From positions 64,001 through 128,000 of the forward strand of contig CAWKBC010000007.1 of assembly GCA_963847705.1 (NCBI GenBank): a stretch of 64,000 bases of DNA. Reading direction: 5' to 3'. Every line of letters starts with the position of its first letter. Position 1 is the first letter of the stretch. A model generated the notes under the pieces. That model searched no databases, was not told where the DNA came from, and saw only the letters and a program-made list of their open reading frames with translations. Position numbers and translations under genes: made by a program. This DNA is from an uncultured Pseudomonadota bacterium (GTDB lineage: Bacteria > Myxococcota_A > Polyangia > Fen-1088). Shown one piece after another: positions 54,687-64,000 of the stretch.

Positions 54687-57600
54687 TCACGACCCGGCGG
54701 GGGCTTCTTCAATCACGACCAGCAGGTCACCGGCCTCGACGCTCTCGCCGGCGCCGGCCACGATCTCCCGTACGGTCCCGCTGATGGGTGCCTTGATCAC
54801 CGTCTCCAGCTTCATCGCCTCGGTGACCAGCAGCTTCTGCCCGGCCTTCACCTGCTCGCCGACCTTGGTCACGAGATCGATCACCCGCCCGGGCATCGGC
54901 GCGCCGACCTCGCCCGGCTTGTCGGTGGCGCGGCGGTTCTTGGGGCCGGTCACCTTGGCGGCGTCATCGGCGACGCGCATCTGGCGCGACTGGCCGTTGA
55001 TCTCGAAGGTCAGCACGCGCGCGCCGTCGGGCTCGATCTCCCCGATCGAGAGCAGCTTGATGATGAGCGTCTTGCCCGGCTCGATGTCGATCCAGGCCTC
55101 CTCGCCGACCCGCAGGCCGTAGAAGAAGGTGGGCGTCGGCAGCACCGAGGTGTCGCCGTGCAGCGCGCGGTGCTCCATGTAGCCGCGCATCACCTTGGGG
55201 TAGAGCGCGTAGGAGACGAGATCGCGCCGGGCCACCTCGACGCCGGCCAGCGTCTCCACCTCGCGCTTGGCGCCGGCCCAGTCGTAGGGGGGCATGCTGG
55301 CGCCCGGACGCCCGTCGATCACGGCGGCGCCCTTGAGGATGTCGCTGCGCAGCGGCTCCGGGAAGCCGCCCGGCGGCTTGCCCATCGAGCCGCGCATGAA
55401 GTCGATCACCGACTCGGGGAAGGTCAGCTCCTTGGCCCGCGCCGCGACCGCCGCGCCGTCGAGCCCCTGTTTGACCATCCAGATCGCCATGTCGCCGACG
55501 ACCTTCGACGACGGCGTCACCTTGGGGATGTCGCCGAAGAGCTGGTTGACCTCGGCGTAGGCGTGCTTGACCGTCTCCCAGCCGTGGTCGCCGACCCCCA
55601 GCCCCTCGGCCTGCGCGCGCAGGTTCGAGTACTGCCCGCCCGGGATCTCGTGCTGGTAGACGTCGGCCGCCGGCGCCTTCAGCCCCGACTCGAACGGCGC
55701 GTAGTAGGCGCGGACCGGCTCCCAGTAGGCGGCCAGTTGCTCGAAGATCTCGGGCGCCATCCTGGGGTCGCGCGGCGCGCCTTGCAGCGCGAAGGCCATC
55801 GACGACAGCGACGGTTGCGAGGTCATGCCGCCCATGCTGCTGACCGCGCCGTCGATGACCGCCACACCCGCGTCGACCGCCGCCAAGTTGGAGGCGATGC
55901 TGTTCCCCGAGGTGTCGTGCATGTGCAGGTGAATCGGCACGTCGACCGCGTCGCGCAGCGCCTTGACCAGCATGGTCGCCGCCCGCGGCCGCAAGAGGCC
56001 CGCCATGTCCTTGATGCACAGCAGGTGCGTCCCGCGCTTGACGACCTCCTGGGCCAGGTTGACGTAGTACTTGAGGTCGTACTTGGTGCGGGTCGGGTCG
56101 GCGACGTCGCCGGTGTAGCAGATGGCCGTCTCCACGATCCGCCCGGTCTTCTGCGCCGCCTCGATCGCCACCTGCATGTTGTCGACGTCGTTGAGCGCGT
56201 CGAAGATCCGGAACACGTCCATCCCCGCCGCGGCCGCCTCCTCGATGAAGGCGACCACCACGTCGTCGGGGTAGTTGGTGTAGCCGACGGCGTTGGCGCC
56301 GCGGACCAGCATCTGGAACATCACGTTGGGGACCTGCCGGCGCAGCTCGTCGAGCCGCACCCAGGGATCCTCCGACAAGAAGCGATAGGCGACGTCGAAG
56401 GTGGCGCCCCCCCACATCTCCAGCGAGAACAGATCGTGCGCCAGGTGCGCGGTCGCCGGCGCCACGCGGGAGAGATCGTAGGTCCGCACGCGCGTCGCCA
56501 GCAGCGACTGGTGCGCGTCGCGCCAGGTGGTGTCGGTGAGGCGCACCCGCGCGTCGGCGCGCAGCATCTTGATGATCCCGGCCGGCCCCTCGCGATCGAG
56601 GAGCTGCTTGGTCCCCTCCGGGGGCGCCGTCTTGGGCGCGGGCGGCGGCGCCGCCTCCAGCGACAGCACCGAGAGCGGCGGCTTCGGCTTGCCGCGCACC
56701 GTGGGGTGGCCGTTGACGATGGTCGAGCCGACGTAGCGCAGGATCCGGGTCGCGCGATCGCGACGCGGCGCGTACTGCACCAGCTCGGGCGTCTCGTCGA
56801 TGAAGGTGGTGTGCGCCTTGCCGGCGGCGAAGGCAGGGTGCAAGAGGACGTTCTCCAGAAACGCCAGGTTCGTCTTCACGCCGCGGATGCGGAACTCACG
56901 CAGGGCGCGGACCACCTTGCGGCGGGCGTAGTCCCACTCGAGGCCGCTGGCGGTGATCTTCGCCAGCAACGAATCGTAGTAGGGCGAGACGCGCGCCCCG
57001 ACGTAGCCCGAGCCGTCGTCGAGGCGGATGCCGAGGCCCGCCGCCGGCCGGTAGACCTGGATCTTGCCGGTGTCGGGGAGAAAGTCGTTCCGGGGATCCT
57101 CGGCGGTGACACGGACCTGGATGGCGACGCCGCGCTGGACGATGTCCGCCTGGTGGGCGATGCCGATCTCGGGGTCGGCCAGCCGATAGCCCTCGGCGAC
57201 GCGCAGCTGCGCCTGGACCAGATCGCGGCCGGTGATGGCCTCGGTCACCGTGTGCTCGACCTGGATGCGCGGGTTGACCTCGATGAAGTAGTGCCCGCCG
57301 TCCTCGCCGACCAGGAACTCGACCGTGCCGGCGTTGGCGTAGCTCACCTGGCGCGCCACCTTGAGCGCGTCGTCCGCCAGTCGCGCCCGCAGCTCCTCGG
57401 GGAGCGACCAGGCCGGCGCATACTCCACCACCTTCTGGTGGCGCCGCTGCACCGAACAGTCGCGCTCGTAGAGGTGGACCAGGTTGCCGTAGTTGTCGCC
57501 GAGGACCTGCACCTCGATGTGCTTGGGCCGCAGGACCAGCTTCTCCAGAAAGACCGAGTCGTCGCCGAACGCCTTGCGGGCCTCGGAGCGCGCCCGCTCG

Positions 57601-58226
57601 AGCAGCTCGGGGAGCTCGCCGGCGCTGCGCACGACGCGCATCCCGCGCCCGCCGCCGCCGGCCGACGCCTTGATCATCACCGGGTAGCCGACGCTGTCGG
57701 CAAAGGCGCGCGCCGACTCCAGCGTCTTGATCGCCTCGGGCGTCCCCGGCACCGTCGGGACGCCGGCAGCGGCGGCGATCTTCCGCGCGGCCACCTTGTC
57801 GCCGAGCGCGTCGATCGCCTCCGCTGACGGCCCGACGAAGACGATCCCCGCCTCGCGGCACTTGCGCGCGAACGAGGCCCGCTCGGAGAGCAGGCCATAG
57901 CCCGGGTGGATCGCGTCGATGTCGTGCCGCTTGGCCAGCTCGACGATCTCGTCCTCGGCCAGGTAGGCCGCCACCGGCTCGAGCCCCTTGCCGACGAGAT
58001 ACGCCTCGTCGGCCTTGTAGCGATGCAGATGGACGCGATCCTCTTCCGAGAAGATCGCCACCGTGCGGAAGCCGAGCTCGGTGCAGGCACGGAAGACCCG
58101 GATGGCAATCTCCCCGCGGTTCGCGCAGAGGACGCGCTTGAACGGGCGAATCGAGCCGCGCTCGGCACGGCGGAGTCCGTCGCTGGGAGTCACGGGGACC
58201 CCGACTGGGGAAGAGACGATGGCCAT
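54687..58226 (-). CDS. pyc: Pyruvate carboxylase
   Basis: ANRGEIAIR, HPGYG, RDCSVQRRHQKV, DTTWRDAHQSLLATR, IKDMAG, HEIPGGQYSNL, biotin motif EAMKLE. Confidence 0.97.
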   Translation of the reverse strand: MAIVSSPVGVPVTPSDGLRRAERGSIRPFKRVLCANRGEIAIRVFRACTELGFRTVAIFSEEDRVHLHRYKADEAYLVGKGLEPVAAYLAEDEIVELAKRHDIDAIHPGYGLLSERASFARKCREAGIVFVGPSAEAIDALGDKVAARKIAAAAGVPTVPGTPEAIKTLESARAFADSVGYPVMIKASAGGGGRGMRVVRSAGELPELLERARSEARKAFGDDSVFLEKLVLRPKHIEVQVLGDNYGNLVHLYERDCSVQRRHQKVVEYAPAWSLPEELRARLADDALKVARQVSYANAGTVEFLVGEDGGHYFIEVNPRIQVEHTVTEAITGRDLVQAQLRVAEGYRLADPEIGIAHQADIVQRGVAIQVRVTAEDPRNDFLPDTGKIQVYRPAAGLGIRLDDGSGYVGARVSPYYDSLLAKITASGLEWDYARRKVVRALREFRIRGVKTNLAFLENVLLHPAFAAGKAHTTFIDETPELVQYAPRRDRATRILRYVGSTIVNGHPTVRGKPKPPLSVLSLEAAPPPAPKTAPPEGTKQLLDREGPAGIIKMLRADARVRLTDTTWRDAHQSLLATRVRTYDLSRVAPATAHLAHDLFSLEMWGGATFDVAYRFLSEDPWVRLDELRRQVPNVMFQMLVRGANAVGYTNYPDDVVVAFIEEAAAAGMDVFRIFDALNDVDNMQVAIEAAQKTGRIVETAICYTGDVADPTRTKYDLKYYVNLAQEVVKRGTHLLCIKDMAGLLRPRAATMLVKALRDAVDVPIHLHMHDTSGNSIASNLAAVDAGVAVIDGAVSSMGGMTSQPSLSSMAFALQGAPRDPRMAPEIFEQLAAYWEPVRAYYAPFESGLKAPAADVYQHEIPGGQYSNLRAQAEGLGVGDHGWETVKHAYAEVNQLFGDIPKVTPSSKVVGDMAIWMVKQGLDGAAVAARAKELTFPESVIDFMRGSMGKPPGGFPEPLRSDILKGAAVIDGRPGASMPPYDWAGAKREVETLAGVEVARRDLVSYALYPKVMRGYMEHRALHGDTSVLPTPTFFYGLRVGEEAWIDIEPGKTLIIKLLSIGEIEPDGARVLTFEINGQSRQMRVADDAAKVTGPKNRRATDKPGEVGAPMPGRVIDLVTKVGEQVKAGQKLLVTEAMKLETVIKAPISGTVREIVAGAGESVEAGDLLVVIEEAPAGS

Positions 58227-58274
58227 GGTGCGCCCGGGTAGTACCACCTTAGCGCGGGCGCTGGGAAGGGCAGG

Positions 58275-58679
58275 CTAGCGCTTTATGCCCAGCAGCAGAT
58301 CCATCGTCGCCTGATCGGCGGCGGGAAAACGGTAGTTCTCGAATTCGCTCGAGGCGACCCAGCGACAATCGGCGACCCGCACGGCCGTCGGTTCGGTCGC
58401 GCCGACGATCTCCGCCTGGTAGAGCGCCAGGTCGACCGAGTAGCCGTCGTAGTCGTGCGTGCGCCGGCCGATGTTGGCGCCGACGGTCACCTCGACACCG
58501 ACCCGCTCGCGCACCTCGCGCAGCAACGCCTCGGCGTCGCTCTCGCCTTCTTCGACGCGGCCGCCGGGGAACTCCCACAAGCCGGCCAGCACGGCCGTGG
58601 GGCGGCGCTGGGTGATGAGGTAGCGCTCGTTTCGCGCGATGACGGCCGCAACGACCCGCAGGTGGGGGACTTTCGCCAT
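58275..58679 (-). CDS. NUDIX (MutT/NudG-like) pyrophosphohydrolase
   Basis: WEFPGGRVEEGES.AEALLREVRE Nudix box (variant). Confidence 0.9.
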   Translation of the reverse strand: MAKVPHLRVVAAVIARNERYLITQRRPTAVLAGLWEFPGGRVEEGESDAEALLREVRERVGVEVTVGANIGRRTHDYDGYSVDLALYQAEIVGATEPTAVRVADCRWVASSEFENYRFPAADQATMDLLLGIKR

Positions 58680-58713
58680 GGGTGGGCCACTATATTGTGG
58701 TAACACCCGCTCC

Positions 58714-59139
58714 ATGGTCAAACGCGTGACCCCGTCCGAGGCTGCCGCGCTGCTCGCGGAAGGCTGGAGCTACCTGGATGTTCGATCAATTCCCGAATTC
58801 GAGGAAGGTCATCCGGTGGGAGCCGCCAACGTTCCGCTGCTGCACTTCACCGGCGGCCGGATGAGCCCGAACGGCGATTTCCAGAAGGTGGTCGCCGCCA
58901 ACTTCGCCCCCGACACCAAGCTGGTCGTCGGCTGCAAGGTAGGCGGGCGCTCACTGCAGGCGGCGGCGCTGCTCGAAGCAGCCGGCTACACCAGCGTGGT
59001 CGACATGCGCGGCGGCTTTCATGGCGAGCGCGACGGCATGGGGCGGGTCACCACGCCGGGCTGGCTGGAGTCGAACCTCCCTGTCGAGACGACCGCGCCG
59101 TCCGACAAGACCTACGCCGCGCTCTCGCAGAAAAAGTAG
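58714..59139 (+). CDS. Rhodanese-like domain protein
   Basis: LDVRS..EF..GHP.GA.NVP; active-site loop CKVGGRS. Confidence 0.92.
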   Translation: MVKRVTPSEAAALLAEGWSYLDVRSIPEFEEGHPVGAANVPLLHFTGGRMSPNGDFQKVVAANFAPDTKLVVGCKVGGRSLQAAALLEAAGYTSVVDMRGGFHGERDGMGRVTTPGWLESNLPVETTAPSDKTYAALSQKK

Positions 59140-59146
59140 AGCCTCT

Positions 59147-61129
59147 TCAGTCGCCGACGGCGATGCCGTTCTTCTGGCAGACGGCGTGGACCAGCGTCCG
59201 GTTCTTGTCGTCGAGCCGCGAATAGGCCCGTTCGGCCGCCTCGGCGTCCTTCAGCGAACAGGAGCAGACGGCCAGAATCTGGTAGGCGTCGGTCCAGCCC
59301 GGCTTGGCCCGCAGCGCTCGGCGCGACAAATCCATCGCCGCGCCGCACTGCTGGCGCAGCCAGGCCTCACGCGCCTGCTTCATCAGCGCCTCGGCATCCT
59401 CCGGCTCGGCGGCCGCCGCCGTCTCGGCGCGGGAGGGTTCGGTTCGGGCAGGCTCGCTCCGCCGCGCGGGTGACTCCGAACGCTCGGCGGCCGGCGCCGC
59501 CGCGACCGGCCGCGTCCGCGCCGCGCGCGACGTCGCTGCGACCGACTCCGGTCGTGCCCGGCAGAGGCGCGAGAGATCCCGGATCAGCTGGTTGTGCGGC
59601 TCGAGCCGGATGACCTCCATCGCCTCCTGGCGGACCTCGGCGCACCGACCCTCGGCACGATCCTTTTCGGCCGCGGTCATGTGCTCGGCCACCAGGAGCG
59701 TGCGCGCCTCTTCGTACCGCGGCTGGGCGCGCCGTTTGTACACGCTGTCGGTCGGGATCTGCTGGTAGCCGCTGAGGGCCGCCGCGTAGTTCTTGGCGTT
59801 CGCCGCCTCGTCGAACTTGGCAAACATCGAGGCACCCTGGCGCTCGACTTCGACGCGCCGGCCCAGCGCCGTGGCCTCGCGCCGGATGGCCGGATCGTCG
59901 GCGCTGGCAATTCGGGAGAGATCGCCCCGCGCCGTCTCCCAGTCCTCGGCCACCATGGCCTGCTTGGCTGCCGCCAGGATCGTGGCCGGTGTCTCGGGCG
60001 CAGGCGGCGCAGCGGGCGCAGCGGGCGGAGGAGGCGCGGCCGCCACCGGGGGCGTCGCGACCGCCGCTGGCGCCTGCGGGGGGGCCTCCGCAAAAGGGGC
60101 CTCGTTCGGGCTCGACCGATGAAGGAACAGCGCCGCCAGACCGATGAGGGCGAGCGCGCCGCCGCCCAGAGCGATCGCCTTCACCGGCAGCTGCCGGGGT
60201 TGTGGCGCGTGCGGATCGAACAGGAAGTCCTCGAGCGGCCCGACGAACCGGATCTTGACGTGGCCGAGCTCGATGACGTCCCCGGCGTTCAATTCGATCC
60301 GCTCGTAATCTTCACCGTTGACGCGGATGCCGTTGGCGCTCTGGAGATCGACGATCGTGTAGTGCTCGCCGTCGCGAACGATCTTCGCGTGGTGGCGCGA
60401 GATCGACCGGTGGTTGAGCAGGACGTCGTTCTCTTCGGTCCGACCGATCACCAGGGCAGCCTTGTTGAGCGGGATCTCCATCCCGGCGAGATCGGTCGTC
60501 AGCACGACCAGGCGCGCGGCGGGTCCCGGCGCTGGCTGGTGCCCAGCAGCTTTTTCTCCCAGGGCGCGCAGCGGGATGGTCGGCTGCCCCTCCACCAGCT
60601 CGGCCACCGCCCCGTCGATCTCCGGGACCGCGGTCATCGGTTTGGGGGGGGAGGTCTTCGTCCGCGAACGCGGCTGGGCCGCTGCCGGGTCGAGGGCCAG
60701 CTGCGGAGCGGGCGGCTGCGCGGCCATCGCGGCGACCGACGCCCGGGTGGGGATCGCCACCGGCCCCCCCACGGTCGCCAGCGGCGCCGTCGTGACCGCC
60801 GGAAGGCTGCGGGTCGTGGGCCGGTCGGTGACCGGAGGATGGTCCCCCCGCAGGACGAGCTTGTAGTCGCCGATCTGGACCTCGTCCCCTTCCCGCAGCG
60901 GCGTGGGCGAGGCGATCTTCGTCCCGTTGACGCGGACGCCCGTGAAGCTGGCCAGATCCTCGATGAAGAGCGCGCCGTTCTGGCGCGTGAGCCGCGCGTG
61001 CTTCCGCGACACGTTGCGCTCCGTCAGCCGGATGGTGTTGCCCTCCAGCCGACCCACGGTCATCTCGTCCCGCGCAAGCGGAACGACCGTGGTCTTACCC
61101 TCATCGTCCTCGATGCTCAGCTTGAACAC
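59147..61129 (-). CDS. Membrane-anchored protein with two cytoplasmic FHA domains and periplasmic TPR-like helices
   Basis: FHA1 (VGR...RNVSRKHA...FTGVRVNG), FHA2 (IGR...SISRHHA...SANG), TM segment AIALGGGALALIGLAALFL, Cys-containing helical C-terminus. Confidence 0.88.
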   Translation of the reverse strand: MFKLSIEDDEGKTTVVPLARDEMTVGRLEGNTIRLTERNVSRKHARLTRQNGALFIEDLASFTGVRVNGTKIASPTPLREGDEVQIGDYKLVLRGDHPPVTDRPTTRSLPAVTTAPLATVGGPVAIPTRASVAAMAAQPPAPQLALDPAAAQPRSRTKTSPPKPMTAVPEIDGAVAELVEGQPTIPLRALGEKAAGHQPAPGPAARLVVLTTDLAGMEIPLNKAALVIGRTEENDVLLNHRSISRHHAKIVRDGEHYTIVDLQSANGIRVNGEDYERIELNAGDVIELGHVKIRFVGPLEDFLFDPHAPQPRQLPVKAIALGGGALALIGLAALFLHRSSPNEAPFAEAPPQAPAAVATPPVAAAPPPPAAPAAPPAPETPATILAAAKQAMVAEDWETARGDLSRIASADDPAIRREATALGRRVEVERQGASMFAKFDEAANAKNYAAALSGYQQIPTDSVYKRRAQPRYEEARTLLVAEHMTAAEKDRAEGRCAEVRQEAMEVIRLEPHNQLIRDLSRLCRARPESVAATSRAARTRPVAAAPAAERSESPARRSEPARTEPSRAETAAAAEPEDAEALMKQAREAWLRQQCGAAMDLSRRALRAKPGWTDAYQILAVCSCSLKDAEAAERAYSRLDDKNRTLVHAVCQKNGIAVGD

Positions 61130-61219
61130 GGCGAGACTCTCGAAATCACCGGGCCTTTTGACTGTATCCGCCGTGCTCGGCCGGAGTCAATGGCGCGCTG
61201 GCGGTCGCCTGCCTGTCTT

Positions 61220-61447
61220 TTACCTGACGGTGGCGATTGCCGCGGCGATGACGATGCCCATTCCGATGACGAAAGCACCGGCCACGATGGCGACCGCCAG
61301 ATTCTTGTTCTCGTGGATTTCCCGCCGCAGGTTGTACGGCGTGATCATCTCCCACAGGTAGTAGCCGATAATCAGCAGCACGATCCCCGACAGGCCGAAC
61401 AGCGCGAAGTCGAGCAGCAGGCGTCCGAGCGGCGCTTGCGCGGGCAC
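61220..61447 (-). CDS. DUF350 small membrane protein
   Basis: ITPYNLRREI.ENKNLAVAIVAGAFVIG...IIAAAI-type motif. Confidence 0.85.
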   Translation of the reverse strand: MPAQAPLGRLLLDFALFGLSGIVLLIIGYYLWEMITPYNLRREIHENKNLAVAIVAGAFVIGMGIVIAAAIATVR

Positions 61448-61449
61448 GC

Positions 61450-62406
61450 TCAGAGGCTCCGCAGATCGGGGTAGGTGGTCATGACGTCGGTTTCCGTCAT
61501 CGAATCATTGGGATCGGCCGGTGTCCAGACCACTTCGATCCCCAGGATGGCGTCGGGCGAGACCCCCCCCAGCTCGGTGAGCAGCGCGCTGAGGTCTTCG
61601 GGCGAGCCGAATTTGTCGAGCGGCGTACGGGTCGCGACCACCAGGGTGACCACCACCAGCTCGAGCGCCTCTTTTCCTTCCTCGGCCGGCGCCGCCGAGC
61701 GCGACACCCGCCCGCCGGCCGCGCGGACCCGTTCGACCTGAAAGCGTCCCCGCTCGGCCAGGGCCATGGCGTTCATCGCCGTTTCGGCGTTGGTCAGGCT
61801 CATGGGACCGCGGGCGTCGGTGCCGAGGTAGCGGACCGAGTCCTTCTCCCGCAGGAGCTCGAGGGCGGTCTGCTGGAGCAGCGCCGCCAGCCCGGCCTCG
61901 GACTCGGTGTCCCCCTGGCCCGCGAAGTCGGCCAGCCGGTCCTGGATCCCGCGCGCCGAGCGCCCGAGCGCCAGCTGCAGGCGGTAAAGGTAGGCCCGCC
62001 CCGGCATCGCCACGACCTCGCCCTCCCCGTATCCGTCGCCGTAATAACCACGGTTTGCGCTGGCGGCCCGGCCGGCGCGCACCGCCCGGATCACCAGCCC
62101 CACCACGGCCACCGCCGCGAGCACGCCAAACAGCCCGAAGCCACCTCCGTAGCCCAGCCCATAGCCGCCGAAGCTGGGGAAAAACAGAAAGTGGGAGCCG
62201 CCGCCATAGCCGTACCCGCCTGAATAGGGGCTGCTGTAGCCGCCGCCCGAGTACCCAGGAGAGGGGCTGCTGTAGCCGCCGCCGGACCGAAAGCCCTGCC
62301 GGCTCCCGAAGCTCCCGCCCGAGCGTGGCCCCGCGAACGCGACCGCCGAGAGGAAGGTCGAGATCGCGACCAGCAGGACGGCCAGCCAGCGGGGGGCGCG
62401 GCTCAT
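61450..62406 (-). CDS. DUF1517 family protein
   Basis: Signal-like N-terminus, SGGSFG...YSSP Gly/Tyr-rich region, TM segment, LQLALGRSARGIQ, VVTLVVA, EVVWTP...D.MTE.D...YPDL. Confidence 0.85.
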   Translation of the reverse strand: MSRAPRWLAVLLVAISTFLSAVAFAGPRSGGSFGSRQGFRSGGGYSSPSPGYSGGGYSSPYSGGYGYGGGSHFLFFPSFGGYGLGYGGGFGLFGVLAAVAVVGLVIRAVRAGRAASANRGYYGDGYGEGEVVAMPGRAYLYRLQLALGRSARGIQDRLADFAGQGDTESEAGLAALLQQTALELLREKDSVRYLGTDARGPMSLTNAETAMNAMALAERGRFQVERVRAAGGRVSRSAAPAEEGKEALELVVVTLVVATRTPLDKFGSPEDLSALLTELGGVSPDAILGIEVVWTPADPNDSMTETDVMTTYPDLRSL

Positions 62407-62476
62407 GATTTCGTCACCTACATCGAGTCTATGACGCCGATCCCCCTGCCGCAATCAGACCTCGGCCGTGGCCCAA

Positions 62477-63736
62477 TCAGGCGCTGCGGCTGCGCGACAG
62501 ATCTTCGAAGTACTTACGCAGCGCCGGGAGCGCCGAGACCAGGCGCCGGAAATAATCCCGCCCCAGGAAGAGGACGCTGGTGGGCGCCACCGTGCGGACC
62601 TCTGCCGTGGTCGGGCTGTCGTCGAGCAGCGCCATCTCGCCGAACAGATCGCCGGCGCGCAGGCGAGCGACCGGCGCCCCGTGCCGGAGCACCTCGACCT
62701 CGCCGAGCAGGATCAGGAACAGCCCCTGCCCGATCTCGTTTTCCCGGATGATGGTCGTCCCGGGCGCGACGTCGATCCCCTCGAACCGGCGGACCAGCTC
62801 CATCTGCTGCTGGTTGTCGAACGGCTTGAACAGCGGCGAGGTGGCGATCAGGTTCTTCAGCAGCCGCTCGCGCACGAAGTGGTCGAGCCGCTCGGCCAGG
62901 ACCGGAACCGCGGCCGTCAGCTGGGCGACCGCCGCGCGGCTGATCTCCAGCAGATCGGCCTCGTCCAGGACCTGGATGGAAGCCGTGCGGGGCTGGTCGG
63001 TCATGAGCGCCATCTCGCCGAACAGGGCCCCCTCGAGCAGGCGGGTCAGCTCGACCGCGCGGGTGGGCCGGCCGGCGACCAGCAGTCCACCCGCCACCAC
63101 GCGCACCTCGCCCGCCGCCACGAAGTAGAACGCCGATCCGGGATCCCCCTCGCGGAAAACCAGCTCGCCGTCACGCACGCGCAGGAGGCGGGCCATCCGC
63201 ACCGCCGCGGGAAACAGCTCCGGCGGCAGCTCGGAAAAGAAGGCGACCGGCAGGAACTGCTCCGGGTACTGGACGAAGACCGAGAGATCGAGCGCGCGGG
63301 CGCGCGCCCGGGGCACCAGCTTGGCCAGATCGGCGGCCGCGGCCGGGGCGGGCGGCTCGATCGGCGCGTCGAGATCGACGGGCGCCTGACGGGCGGCGAA
63401 CTTTGCCAGCGTCGGTGCGCCGTGGGCGAAGTTGCGCGCCATCGCCGCCACCAGCTGGTCGGTGTTCTGGCCCAGCGACTCGAGCACCTTGCAGCCGACC
63501 AGCGCGGGCAGGAGGTGCCCCGAGCGAACATCGTGCATCGAGACGGTCCGGAAGACCTCGACGGCGCCGGCCCGATCCCCGAGCTGAAACAGCAGGTCGC
63601 CTATCTTCCGGCGGCTGTCGCCGTCCAGCGGATTGACCGCCAGCATCTGGTCGTGGGCGGCCAGCGCGGCGGCAAATTGGCCCGCCCGGGCCAGGTTGCG
63701 TGCCTCGGTCTTCAGATCGCGAAGCGGAAGCGCCAT
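62477..63736 (-). CDS. TPR plus two cyclic-nucleotide-binding domains protein
   Basis: N-terminal TPR-like helices; FREGD...FGEMAL....RTAS and a second FGEMALL domain. Confidence 0.88.
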   Translation of the reverse strand: MALPLRDLKTEARNLARAGQFAAALAAHDQMLAVNPLDGDSRRKIGDLLFQLGDRAGAVEVFRTVSMHDVRSGHLLPALVGCKVLESLGQNTDQLVAAMARNFAHGAPTLAKFAARQAPVDLDAPIEPPAPAAAADLAKLVPRARARALDLSVFVQYPEQFLPVAFFSELPPELFPAAVRMARLLRVRDGELVFREGDPGSAFYFVAAGEVRVVAGGLLVAGRPTRAVELTRLLEGALFGEMALMTDQPRTASIQVLDEADLLEISRAAVAQLTAAVPVLAERLDHFVRERLLKNLIATSPLFKPFDNQQQMELVRRFEGIDVAPGTTIIRENEIGQGLFLILLGEVEVLRHGAPVARLRAGDLFGEMALLDDSPTTAEVRTVAPTSVLFLGRDYFRRLVSALPALRKYFEDLSRSRSA

Positions 63737-63806
63737 TGCGCAGACGTTATCCGGAGCGTGAAATGGGGTCAAAGAGGTGCAAGTGCCAGGCGAAGCAGAC
63801 GATCCG

Positions 63807-64000
63807 ATGGCCCGTCTCGCGGCGGTGGAGGCGCTCGGCCTGCCCGAGATCGGGCGCTCGACGCTGGGGCGGCCGATCTTCGCGCAGCGGTTCGGCGGCG
63901 GCGGCCCGCCACTCCTGGTGATGGGGGGCATCCACGGCGACGAGCCCGCCAGCGTCGATCTGCTGGTCGAGCTCTGCGGCCGGTTGGCGGGCAGGCAGAG
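63807..64000 (+). CDS. M14 zinc carboxypeptidase / murein peptide amidase A-like protein (partial, runs off the window)
   Basis: IGRSTLGRPI...LVMGGIHGDEP (HxxE zinc motif). Confidence 0.8.
   Translation, partial: MARLAAVEALGLPEIGRSTLGRPIFAQRFGGGGPPLLVMGGIHGDEPASVDLLVELCGRLAGRQ

Overview
A very GC-rich chromosomal window from a probable Myxococcota (likely Polyangia-type) bacterium. The assignment rests on a MYXO-CTERM-like tail, Myxococcus Cys-rich/fibro-slime repeats, FHA-sigma54 activator and FHA-TM proteins, and a CglF/GltF-like motif. Most of the window is housekeeping and metabolism: partial uvrA, rnpB, tRNA-Ile2, an M16 peptidase pair, a Lol-like ABC/LolA/outer-membrane operon, ilvY and ilvD, a glucose/galactose MFS permease, minCDE, gltBD, thrC, thrA, a porin, a sugar ABC transporter and pyc. 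Gly-rich secreted lipoproteins are interspersed. I saw no transposase, integrase, phage gene or CRISPR-Cas locus. The most interesting signals are: (1) a duplicated, inverted, covarying ~71-nt structured element with a kink-turn-like motif between convergent genes at 13.9-14.2 kb; (2) an ECF sigma factor fused through a hydrophobic segment to a CglF/GltF-like C-terminal peptide; (3) a divergent FHA-bEBP / sigma54 promoter / ECF cascade with visible enhancer-like boxes; (4) ilvY with an intact ilvC-type operator region that faces a secreted beta-helix lipoprotein gene instead of ilvC; (5) several REP-like palindromic repeat families. All family assignments come from motif recognition only; no searches were run.
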